This document shows positions 1 through 8,167 of a stretch of DNA of 56,156 nucleotides, piece after piece. Below the pieces are notes generated by a model. That model was not told the origin of the DNA. It searched no databases and worked only from the letters and a program-made list of their open reading frames with translations. This stretch comes from a virus (lineage: Duplodnaviria > Caudoviricetes): positions 1 through 56,156 of the IMG/VR virus record IMGVR_UViG_3300045932_000155, one strand, 5' to 3'. The first letter of the stretch is position 1. Each line of letters begins with the position of its first letter. The position numbers and the translations under genes are program-made.

Positions 1-5
1 GGAAG

Positions 6-2018
6 TTGGGCTGCCATCCCACGGAGGCCGAGGCCCAAGAGCAGGAGCGCGTCGTGCAGGAGCGCGTCCGCCGGGCGGAGGCCCTCAACTCCCGGTTCGT
101 TGGTGACGACGACAGCATCGTGGTTCACGAAGTGCGCTCTGGTTTCGATCCCGATCAGCCCCGCGACGAGGGCGGCAAGTGGACTGATGGCGGCGCGGGC
201 GGAGGGGGCGAGGCTGACGTCACTGAGGAGTTGGACATCGATAGGTCCGCCGAGAAGGCGGCCGTCGATGAGCAGTATGAATACGTGCAGGAGGGCACGG
301 GCGGCCGGGAGCCTCTGGATCAGGATGAATACATCATTGGCACGGCGGCCCTCGAAGACTACACGACCGAAAACTATGCGGGGATGAACCGCATCATGAG
401 GACCAAGGACGATTGGTATAAGAACGAAGACTTGGCGATGTTGCATCGCTACATCGAGAATGCGCCGGAACTCGAAAACGACATCACCGTCTACCGAGGC
501 TTCCGCAATACCGGCAATCGCACCTTTGAAGTCGGGCAGGAAGTTGAGATGCGGGGCTTTGCCTCGACCTCCTTCCACCCGAAGGTCGCGGCCGATTTCG
601 CCGGGGGTCGTCCTGATACGAGCCGGGTGCAACTCTTCGAGATCAAGACCCGTCGAGGTCTGGTCCTTGGGGAGCGTTCAGCGGCCTCCGACACGGAGCA
701 CGAAACCATCCTGAACCACGGGTGGAAGTATCGAGTGACTGGCGTTCGTATGGCCAAGGTGCAGGGGACTGTCTACAAGGTGGCCCGGCTGGAGGAGATT
801 CGCGCCCGGCGCGGCGCGGTGCTCTACACCGAGGGTGATATTGAGATGTCTGTTCTGGAATTTGATCCGGACCAGCCTCGGGACGACGAGGGCCGATGGA
901 CCGGCGACGTGGCCGTGGCCTCAGAACGTTACCCGAGGGCGGATCTGAAGTCGCGCCCGGGAGCGGAAGTGTATTCAGGACGGGTGGGTGAATACGAGGT
1001 CCAGACCGACGTGCCAAACACGGGATCGATCTCCTCGACCTTCAACGAGGACGAGTATGAGGTGCTTCCGGGCATTCGAGAGGTCGAACTCAAGGATTGG
1101 AACATCAGCGAGAAGGACTACTATGCCTCCAACGACAGAGTCCGCACGAAGGAACTCGCGGAGGCGCTCAAGCTGTCCAAGTCCCTGAAGCCTTTGATCG
1201 TCGTCGCGGATCGAGACGATGACGACTACATTCTGGAGGGTGGTCATCGCTCCCGGGCGGCCAAGCTGGCCGGGATGACAAAGGTGCCCGCCGTCGTGGT
1301 TGTGAAGTATTCGGCCAAGAAGCGCGGCGCGGAGTTCGATCCTGACCAGCCCCGAGACGAAGATGGTAAGTGGACCGGCGGCGCGGGGGAGGGCGGAGGA
1401 GAGCCCGACCTCGGTGAGTTGCAATACGACGAGTCGGACGCCTCGGCCGCGATGGCCAACAGTCACCGAGAGTATCTGGAAAAGATTGAGGAGGCCGAGG
1501 AGTATAAGAATCGTGAGTTCGAGGGGATGAACGAAGCGATTACTGAATACACCGGGGCGGGAGCGTCACGCTGGAACGCGATTCTTCGAGAGAATCCCGA
1601 TGCGATGGACGATGACGATGAGCCCCGGGATGAAGATGACGACAGTCCCTTTGTGGCGGACGTGACCAAGAAGTGGATGCGCGACTTCGACGATGCTATC
1701 GCCGGGGCCCCGAAGCTCAAGGACCCGGTCACCGTCTATCGCGGCATCTCTCACGAGTTGAACGCCAAGGCTGGAGACACTCTGACGATGCGGGGGTTTC
1801 AGTCTGCATCGATGAAGCCTGAGATCGCGGCCCGCTTTAGCGCGGGAGGTTCCATTCTGAAGATTCGCACCAAGCGCGGTCTGTATATTGGAGGGAATTC
1901 TCGCGGAGGCGAGGACGAGTTCGTGATGGGACATAATGAACGCTTCGAAGTGAAGCGTGTGTCCAAGGGCAAGGTGGGCGGAAAGATCGTCCGAGTTTAC
2001 GAGGTGGAGCACCGATGA
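6..2018 (+). CDS. Head-associated multi-domain protein, probably 5'-truncated: two VIP2/Alt-type ADP-ribosyltransferase domains and one ParB/Srx-like domain, each preceded by an FDPDQPRDxxGxWT motif
   Basis: ART1 has TVYRG / FASTS / EHE; ART2 has TVYRG / FQSAS / EDE (R-S-ExE triad). The middle domain has LKPLIVV...ILEGGHRSRAAKLAGMTKVPAVVV (ParB-like). The frame is open to the window edge, so the TTG at 6 is probably not the real start. Confidence 0.85.
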   Translation: MGCHPTEAEAQEQERVVQERVRRAEALNSRFVGDDDSIVVHEVRSGFDPDQPRDEGGKWTDGGAGGGGEADVTEELDIDRSAEKAAVDEQYEYVQEGTGGREPLDQDEYIIGTAALEDYTTENYAGMNRIMRTKDDWYKNEDLAMLHRYIENAPELENDITVYRGFRNTGNRTFEVGQEVEMRGFASTSFHPKVAADFAGGRPDTSRVQLFEIKTRRGLVLGERSAASDTEHETILNHGWKYRVTGVRMAKVQGTVYKVARLEEIRARRGAVLYTEGDIEMSVLEFDPDQPRDDEGRWTGDVAVASERYPRADLKSRPGAEVYSGRVGEYEVQTDVPNTGSISSTFNEDEYEVLPGIREVELKDWNISEKDYYASNDRVRTKELAEALKLSKSLKPLIVVADRDDDDYILEGGHRSRAAKLAGMTKVPAVVVVKYSAKKRGAEFDPDQPRDEDGKWTGGAGEGGGEPDLGELQYDESDASAAMANSHREYLEKIEEAEEYKNREFEGMNEAITEYTGAGASRWNAILRENPDAMDDDDEPRDEDDDSPFVADVTKKWMRDFDDAIAGAPKLKDPVTVYRGISHELNAKAGDTLTMRGFQSASMKPEIAARFSAGGSILKIRTKRGLYIGGNSRGGEDEFVMGHNERFEVKRVSKGKVGGKIVRVYEVEHR

Positions 2019-4318
2019 GCGACCGATTCGTTCAGCCCGTCGAGGGCATCGAGATCACCCCGCGCAGGCCTTTCAAATCGTTTCAGGTCATTGGCCGGGA
2101 CGGCAAGCCAATGGGCCCGAAGATCCCCGTCGACTTGATGTATGATGGCGGGGTGCTGCCCTTCCGTTTCACCACCCTCAAGTCGACGGGGGTGGCCCCC
2201 CGCAGCCATCGGGAGCATGACCGGGACTATCTGATCGTCCCTGTGGTGGCTCTGACCGAGGGGGTCATCAGTGCCCTCGGGTCGAAGGCCCCGGAGTTCG
2301 TTCCCGCCGGGGTCTACGAAGATCGCCCGGAGCGGTGGAACAACCAGCCCCTCTACTACGGCCACCCCATGCGCTCAGGCCAGCCCATCTCGGGTTCGGC
2401 CCCCGACGTCATGGAGAAGCTGGCCTTCGGCTACACGCGGAACGCGGGCCTCAAGGACGGCCGCTTGAGCATGGAGGCGTGGGTCGACGTCGCCCGCGCC
2501 ATGCAGGTGGCCCCGATGCTCGTGACTCGCCTGCAGGAGGGCGACCCCATCGAGGTCTCGGTGGGAGCGTTCGTGGAGGTTGAGGAGCACGACGAGCGGC
2601 TCTACGCAGCCACGGGGCGTAAGTATAAGGGCACGTGGAAGCGTATGTCCCCCGACCATCTCGCCCTGCTCCCCTCGGGGCACACGGGCGCTTGCAGCAT
2701 CACGATGGGCTGCGGCGTTCGAGCGGCCTTGCAGGAATCGATGCGGGCGGCGGGCTTCGACCCGGACCAGCCCCGCGACGACAAGGGCATGTGGTCCAGC
2801 GGTGGCGGCGGAGGCGGCCCGATGGGCCGAGGATCGCTGCCGCGCCCGGTGCAGGAAGCAGTCAACTATCAGGAGGCCGCCAAGGATGAGAACTCCACGG
2901 AGGCCAAGCTGAACGGGCTGGCGCAGATCACCGACCGGGACGCGCTGACGCAGGTCGCGACCGGCAAGGCGGATTACAACGAAGTCGCCCGGCTGGAGAT
3001 GGCCAGCCGTGGGCTCGACCGCGAGGGCGAGTGGGTGGGCTTCGACAAGGCCAAGCAGATCTGGCCGGTCTCCGCCAAGACCCGGGGTGAGGTGGCAGGC
3101 AACGAGGAGAACACGACGACGTGGAAGCTCCTCGGGCCGCTCCAGACCGGCAAGACGAAGGACGTGCTGGCGCTGGCCAAGGGCAAGATTTCCGGCCGAC
3201 AGGTCGCCCGATACGAGTTGGCGAACCGGGGCATGGATCGCAACGGCAAGTGGGTCGGCTTCGACCGGGCGTTCGCTCAGTGGGGCTTCACCCCGCCGAA
3301 GAAGGCCGCCCGGCTGCTGCCGAAGGCCCCGAAGAGCAGCGTCACCCCGGTTGGCGGTCCCCTCCCATTGGGCCCCCTCGGGATTTCCCCGGCCAAGCGC
3401 CGGGCAGAAGAGGGAGATCGTATGAGCGTCATGGCGTGGGTGAAGTCGGTGCTTCGGGATGCCGCGAAGTCCGGCGACGAACTGGGGGCCCGGGAGATCG
3501 AGGACCGGCTTCGCAAGGCGCTGCAGGCCAAGGAAGGCCGCATGTGCTATATTCTTGACTTCTACCCCGAGGAGGGGACGGTGGTCTACGACGTAGACCT
3601 CGGCCATCCCGGGGATCTGCTGCCCACGGCCGCCGGTCCACGGCCCCTTCGGCAGCGGACCTTTGACGTGGCGGACGACGGGTCGGTCACGGTCGGAGAC
3701 ACCTCGACAGAGGTTGAGTTCATCGGGCGGTATGAGCCGCTCGAAGGAGATCCCGCCACGGGCAAGGCTGCGCCGTGCGGTTGTCATGACAAGCAGCCGA
3801 AGGAGATCACTATGAGGGAGGCAGTCAAGAATCTTCTGGCGAAGCTCGGCGCGAGCTTCACCGAGGAGAACGCCAAGTTCCTCGAAGGTGCGACGGACGA
3901 GCAGATCACTGCGCTCGAAACCGCCGTCACCCCGAAGGAAGTGGTGAAGGAAGTCGAGAAGATCGTCGAGAAGCAGGTCGAGGTTCCGGTGCAGCCGAAG
4001 ACGCTGGCCGAGGCCATCGGGGTGCTGAAGGCTGCGAAGGCGGACGAGGCGGCTGTGGCCTCCTACGATGCGTTCGTGGCTGCCGAGGCGGCCCGCAAGA
4101 CCGCGACGATCAAGGCGCTCAAGGACACTGGCAAGTGCCAGTTCACCGACGAGCAGCTTGCGGGCAAGGACCAGACGGAACTCGATCAGCTTGTCGCCCT
4201 CTCGGGTGCCAAGACGGTCAGCTTCGCCGGGCAGGCTCCGCGTGCGGCTCAGACGGACAACGCGGCTGCTCCTGCGCCCATCGATCTGGTGGCGCAGTTC
4301 CAGCAGAAGAAGCATTAA
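2015..4318 (+). CDS. Prohead (capsid maturation) protease, DUF2213-like, fused to an inserted cargo module and a C-terminal scaffold
   Basis: N-terminal WNNQPLYYGHP...EVSVG...PDHLALLP...GACSITMGCG pattern; lies before the capsid genes; Ala/Glu/Lys-rich helical C-terminus; in-frame ATGs at 3422 and 3812 each preceded by a Shine-Dalgarno (AGGGAG, AAGGAG). Confidence 0.8.
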   Translation: MSDRFVQPVEGIEITPRRPFKSFQVIGRDGKPMGPKIPVDLMYDGGVLPFRFTTLKSTGVAPRSHREHDRDYLIVPVVALTEGVISALGSKAPEFVPAGVYEDRPERWNNQPLYYGHPMRSGQPISGSAPDVMEKLAFGYTRNAGLKDGRLSMEAWVDVARAMQVAPMLVTRLQEGDPIEVSVGAFVEVEEHDERLYAATGRKYKGTWKRMSPDHLALLPSGHTGACSITMGCGVRAALQESMRAAGFDPDQPRDDKGMWSSGGGGGGPMGRGSLPRPVQEAVNYQEAAKDENSTEAKLNGLAQITDRDALTQVATGKADYNEVARLEMASRGLDREGEWVGFDKAKQIWPVSAKTRGEVAGNEENTTTWKLLGPLQTGKTKDVLALAKGKISGRQVARYELANRGMDRNGKWVGFDRAFAQWGFTPPKKAARLLPKAPKSSVTPVGGPLPLGPLGISPAKRRAEEGDRMSVMAWVKSVLRDAAKSGDELGAREIEDRLRKALQAKEGRMCYILDFYPEEGTVVYDVDLGHPGDLLPTAAGPRPLRQRTFDVADDGSVTVGDTSTEVEFIGRYEPLEGDPATGKAAPCGCHDKQPKEITMREAVKNLLAKLGASFTEENAKFLEGATDEQITALETAVTPKEVVKEVEKIVEKQVEVPVQPKTLAEAIGVLKAAKADEAAVASYDAFVAAEAARKTATIKALKDTGKCQFTDEQLAGKDQTELDQLVALSGAKTVSFAGQAPRAAQTDNAAAPAPIDLVAQFQQKKH

Positions 4319-4327
4319 GGGGGGACC

Positions 4328-4744
4328 GTGGCCGAATCCGTAGCGATTTCCGCGCAGGGAACGATCATCAAGCGGAACGGGACTGCCATCGCGGAACTCC
4401 GCGACATCACCCCGCCCGCGCTGACCCGCAACCCCATCGAGACGACGAATCACAACTCCGACGACGACAGCTACGTCGTGGGCATTCGCCGGAAGGGCGA
4501 GCTTCAGTTCAAACTGGGCTTCCTCCCCTCGGGCGAGGCGACTCACGATGCGCTGACCGGCCTGCTCGAAGCGTGGCTCAGCGGCTCGAAGGACCGATAC
4601 GATCTGGAATACCCGGACGGAGCCGTCTGGATGTTCTCCGGGTTCGTGTCGAACGTGGCCGCGACCGCGCCGGTGGACGGCGGGCTCGAAGCCGATGTCA
4701 GCATCCGCCCGAGTGGCGGGCAGCAGTTCACGCCCGGCAGCTAA
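4328..4744 (+). CDS. Major tail (tail tube) protein, lambda gpV-like
   Basis: IAELRDITPPALTRNPIETTNHNS...GIRRKGELQFKLGF...YPDGAVWMFSGFV matches the siphovirus tail tube pattern; no other tube candidate in the tail module. Confidence 0.75.
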   Translation: MAESVAISAQGTIIKRNGTAIAELRDITPPALTRNPIETTNHNSDDDSYVVGIRRKGELQFKLGFLPSGEATHDALTGLLEAWLSGSKDRYDLEYPDGAVWMFSGFVSNVAATAPVDGGLEADVSIRPSGGQQFTPGS

Positions 4745-4807
4745 CCCGGCAGGAACTGAAACTGAACAACTAGCAGCCGGGCAGGACCGGCAGAGGGAGA
4801 CAGCAAG

Positions 4808-5248
4808 ATGGCGACGAAGCGAAGTGTGGTGCAGGTCGGCTGCCCCATCGTCAACGAGGACGGTGCGGCCACCGAAACGATCAAGCCGGGATACCTCGTC
4901 AAGGGCATCTCGGACATCGCCAAGCAGACGGGCACGGGGTTCGTCCCCAAGGCCGTGGCTCTGGAGCGTGACGAACTGGGCGCGGGGATCGACGACACGC
5001 GTCAGGGTTCGGGCACGGTGTCGGCGGACTACGCGTCCGGCGACTACGTCAAGGTCGGCGTGTTCAAGTCGGGCGAGCGTGCCGTGGGCTACGTCGCGTC
5101 GGGCGAGAACATCTCCGAGGACGAACTGCTCGAATCGGCTGGCGACGGCACTTACGCCAGCGGCTCGACGAACCCGATTGCGCGTGCGGTCGAGAGCACC
5201 GGCGGCGCGGTCACCGTGGAAACGGCCATCGTGGTCGAGTTCCTCTAA
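4808..5248 (+). CDS. Head decoration / capsid cement protein
   Basis: 146-aa Gly/Ala/Val-rich beta-type protein directly upstream of the capsid gene; SD GGGAG. Confidence 0.7.
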   Translation: MATKRSVVQVGCPIVNEDGAATETIKPGYLVKGISDIAKQTGTGFVPKAVALERDELGAGIDDTRQGSGTVSADYASGDYVKVGVFKSGERAVGYVASGENISEDELLESAGDGTYASGSTNPIARAVESTGGAVTVETAIVVEFL

Positions 5249-5287
5249 TCGCGCAGCGAAGCGCAGAATCAGGAGACAGAGAACAAC

Positions 5288-6361
5288 ATGGCGACGAAGC
5301 GAAGCAACACGAAGGGCATCCGGTCGGCGGCGGCCGGGCGCGTCGGCACTCTGCGGAGTGCCGTTTCCACGGGCCAGCAGTTCTTCAACGGCGCGGCCGG
5401 ACGTTGGGCGACCGCCCAATTGAAGGCTCTGGCGCTGGAGGGCAAGGCTCTGAGCACCTCGGCACTCCGTGCGGCGGACACCCTCCGCCACGAGGAGTGG
5501 AAGTTCTTCGATGAGGCACTGCTCGAAGAGGCGAAGATCCGGCTGGTCGGCGTGGCCGACCTGATGGGTCGCGGCCTCGTCAAGCCGGTGACGAACGCCC
5601 TCGGCAAGACGGTGTTCGCCTACGAGAAGCTGACGGACATGGACCCCGCGACGGTCTCGCTGGACGGCATCAGCCGCAGCCACAACGACCGTCAGGAGTT
5701 CGAACTCGCGCAGCTTCCCCTGCCGATCATCCACAAGGACTTCTTCATCAACCTGCGCGTGCTGGCGGCCTCGCGTGAGCGTGGCGAGTCCCTCGACACG
5801 ACTCAGGTCCGCACGGCTGGCCGTGTCGTGGCCGAGGCGATGGAGGACATGCTGTTCAACGGCTCGAAGACGTTCGGTGGCCTGCCGATCTACGGCTACC
5901 TGACGCACCCGGACCGGAACGACGGCACGTTCATTGCCAACGGCGACTGGGCGCAGTCGGCCAAGACGGGCGAGAACATCCTCGCGGATGCTCTGAAGGC
6001 CATCTCGGCGCTGCACACCGACCGCATGTTCGGCCCGTATATCATCTACGTGCCGACCGATGCGGGCGTGAAGCTGGAGAACGACTTCAAGGCGAACTCG
6101 GACAAGACGATCCGGCAGCGTCTGGAGGAGATCGACAGCATCGCGGCGGTGCGCGTGGCGGACACCATGCCCTCGGGCAAGGTGCTCGTGGTCCAGATGA
6201 CGTCGGATGTCACCTCGTGGGTCAACGGCGAGAACATCCAGTCGATCCAGTGGGACGAATACGGCGGCTTCGAGATCAACTTCAAGGCCTTTGCCATCGG
6301 TGCGCCGCTCGTGCGCTCCGACGCGCAGAGCCGCTCGGGCGTCTACGAACTCCACTCGTAA
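5288..6361 (+). CDS. Major capsid protein (HK97 fold, encapsulin/Linocin-M18-like phage subtype)
   Basis: LRHEEWKFFD, LPLPIIHKDFFINLRVL..SR, LDTT...AGRVVAE.MEDMLFNG and IYGYLTHP motifs; 357 aa; strong codon bias; followed by a terminator. Confidence 0.9.
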   Translation: MATKRSNTKGIRSAAAGRVGTLRSAVSTGQQFFNGAAGRWATAQLKALALEGKALSTSALRAADTLRHEEWKFFDEALLEEAKIRLVGVADLMGRGLVKPVTNALGKTVFAYEKLTDMDPATVSLDGISRSHNDRQEFELAQLPLPIIHKDFFINLRVLAASRERGESLDTTQVRTAGRVVAEAMEDMLFNGSKTFGGLPIYGYLTHPDRNDGTFIANGDWAQSAKTGENILADALKAISALHTDRMFGPYIIYVPTDAGVKLENDFKANSDKTIRQRLEEIDSIAAVRVADTMPSGKVLVVQMTSDVTSWVNGENIQSIQWDEYGGFEINFKAFAIGAPLVRSDAQSRSGVYELHS

Positions 6362-6391
6362 TACCTGCGGCTGAGCCGCAGCGACCTACCG

Positions 6392-6433
6392 GCGGCCGGG
6401 GAGGGAAACCCTCGCCCGGCCGCTTCTCTTTCT
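6392..6433 (+). terminator. Rho-independent terminator after the capsid gene
   Basis: GCGGCCGGG-GAGGG aaa CCCTC-g-CCCGGCCGC stem followed by TTCTCTTTCT; a smaller hairpin lies at 6365-6381. Confidence 0.75.
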
Positions 6434-6463
6434 GGTAAGATATCTGCGAGAGGTGATTCCCTT

Positions 6464-7060
6464 ATGAGACGAGCGCTGTTCCTGCCGGGGGTCCTGTTGT
6501 CCCTTGCCATGTCTTGGCCGATTGACCGGCTGGAAAGGAGCCTCGGCAAACTGGAGATTGCCGATGGCATCTGCACGGCGTTTTCGATTCATCAGAAGAG
6601 GGCCCTCTTTGTGACGGCCACCCACTGTCTCGATGCTTCCCACGTGCCTACGACGACCCTCAACGGCGGGGCTCTCGTCCAGATTGTCGAGGCCATTCCC
6701 GGGGACTCCAGCCTGACGGTGCTGAAGGCAGCCAAGGGGCAACCCGCGCTGCGCCTCGGACCCCCGCCTCTACGCGGGGATGAGGTGCTCGTCCTCGGGT
6801 TCAGCACGCCTCCGGTCCTGCTGTTTTTCGAGGGTCTGCACATGGCCGATACCGCCGAGGTGGACGATACGACCGTGCAGGTCGTGACGGCCCCGGGGCT
6901 CCGAGGGATGTCCGGGGGTCCCATCGTCGATAGGAAAGGCCGGGTCGTTGGTGTTATGATGGGTGGGGCGCAAATCACCCCGCCGGTTCCAACGATGGTG
7001 AGTTTCGCTACGCACTATCAGCAGTTGGCCTCCATCATGGCCAAATACGGAGAGCAGTAA
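6464..7060 (+). CDS. Trypsin-like serine protease with a possible N-terminal signal peptide
   Basis: VTATHC (catalytic His) and GMSGGP (catalytic Ser) motifs; hydrophobic N-terminus. Confidence 0.85.
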   Translation: MRRALFLPGVLLSLAMSWPIDRLERSLGKLEIADGICTAFSIHQKRALFVTATHCLDASHVPTTTLNGGALVQIVEAIPGDSSLTVLKAAKGQPALRLGPPPLRGDEVLVLGFSTPPVLLFFEGLHMADTAEVDDTTVQVVTAPGLRGMSGGPIVDRKGRVVGVMMGGAQITPPVPTMVSFATHYQQLASIMAKYGEQ

Positions 7061-7647
7061 TGGCCCTTGACACGACTCCCGGCGCAGCGACTCAGAACAG
7101 CTACGCCACCCTCCTTGAGTTCGAAGCCTACGCGGAGAACCGCCTGCCGGTGGTGCAGTCCGTGCTCGACGCGACGGACGCGCAGAAGGAAGCGGCGCTG
7201 ATCCACGCGGCCCGCGCCCTCGACGCCAACTTCACGTGGACTGGTTCGGCGGTCGATGCCGTGCAGGCGCTCACGTGGCCCCGCAGCGGCATGCAGACGC
7301 GGAACGGGTTTGATATCGCGGAGAGCGGCGCGGCCTCCATCACGCAGCCCCTGAAGGACGCGCAGTGTGAGTGGGCCTACCAGATGCTGGCCGGGTCCAA
7401 CTTCATCGCGGATAACGAGGCGGCCAAGCAGGGCGTGGCCTCGGTTCGCGCCGGGTCCGTGGCCGTCTCCTTCCAGAGCAAGGGCACCTCGGTCGAGGAC
7501 ATGGACACGCAGATCCGCCTCATGGGTTCCGAGTTCAACTACGTCTCGCTGGCCGTGCCCGGCGAGGTGCGGCGGCTGCTGGTGCCCTCGTGGTTCGAGC
7601 AGCCCTCGGTGAAGCGCCCCCTGATCCTGCGGGCGATGGGAGGCTAA
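7060..7647 (+). CDS. Head-tail connector/adaptor (DnaT-like family)
   Basis: NSYATL.EF.AY, KEAALI.A.R.LD, QALTWPR, LKDAQCE motifs; position after the capsid gene. Confidence 0.8.
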   Translation: MALDTTPGAATQNSYATLLEFEAYAENRLPVVQSVLDATDAQKEAALIHAARALDANFTWTGSAVDAVQALTWPRSGMQTRNGFDIAESGAASITQPLKDAQCEWAYQMLAGSNFIADNEAAKQGVASVRAGSVAVSFQSKGTSVEDMDTQIRLMGSEFNYVSLAVPGEVRRLLVPSWFEQPSVKRPLILRAMGG

Positions 7648-7648
7648 G

Positions 7649-8020
7649 TTGGCTTTTCCGCTTGAGATCCTTCGAACTGGCATCGGAATTGCAGACACCC
7701 TGACGAAGGGCGTGCAGGCCACGGTCACCTTGGAGCGGTGGACCGGGCAAACGACGTCCGGAACGCCGACGTATTCGGCGGCGGAATCGCTCCGTGCGGT
7801 GGTCGATTACAAGCAGAAGCAGAGCATGACTTCGACCGGCAAGCTGGTGCCTGTGATGGCCACTCTGACCATCGTTGGGGACGTTTCCCCGGCGATCAAC
7901 CCGAAGGACCGGATTACACTTCCTGACGGGCGCACGGGACCCATCCTCGGGACTCCGGCGGCCGTCGTGGACCCGGAGACCGGGCGCGGGTTGATCACTG
8001 AAGTCTCGCTTGGCGCGTAA
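7649..8020 (+). CDS. Head closure / head-tail joining protein
   Basis: 123 aa with INPKDRITLPDG; synteny. Confidence 0.65.
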   Translation: MAFPLEILRTGIGIADTLTKGVQATVTLERWTGQTTSGTPTYSAAESLRAVVDYKQKQSMTSTGKLVPVMATLTIVGDVSPAINPKDRITLPDGRTGPILGTPAAVVDPETGRGLITEVSLGA

Positions 8021-8090
8021 GGCTGTGGTATTCTCGGCTGGCACGGGCTAAGACCCCAAACCAGAGGTTGATATGCGCTAACCAGAAAGG

Positions 8091-8130
8091 CCCCGCCCGC
8101 TCCCGGTGAAAGCCAGATCAGCGGGCGGGG
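8091..8130. terminator. GC-rich hairpin in the intergenic gap before the modification cassette (possible terminator, better U-tract on the minus strand)
   Basis: CCCCGCCCGCT (8091-8101) / AGCGGGCGGGG (8120-8130) 11-bp stem; AGAAAGG on its left. Confidence 0.45.
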
Positions 8131-8167
8131 TAAGACGAATGAACGCACGTGAAGAAGGGAGCCCAAC

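Noticed and set aside
2375-6355. 1326-aa minus-strand ORF (and similar long antisense ORFs at 12874-16050, 16246-18429, 32167-34257, 35504-37354, 45204-47177)
   Set aside because: Antisense shadows of strongly codon-biased high-GC genes; Arg/Gly/His-rich with no motifs
5288-6361. Cellular encapsulin nanocompartment operon
   Set aside because: Flanked by protease, connector, tail and tape measure genes, so it is a phage capsid
8039-8054. TGGCACG before the glycosylation cassette as a sigma54 promoter
   Set aside because: The -12 element is missing (AAGAC in place of TTGCA); similar -24-only hits inside genes were also ignored
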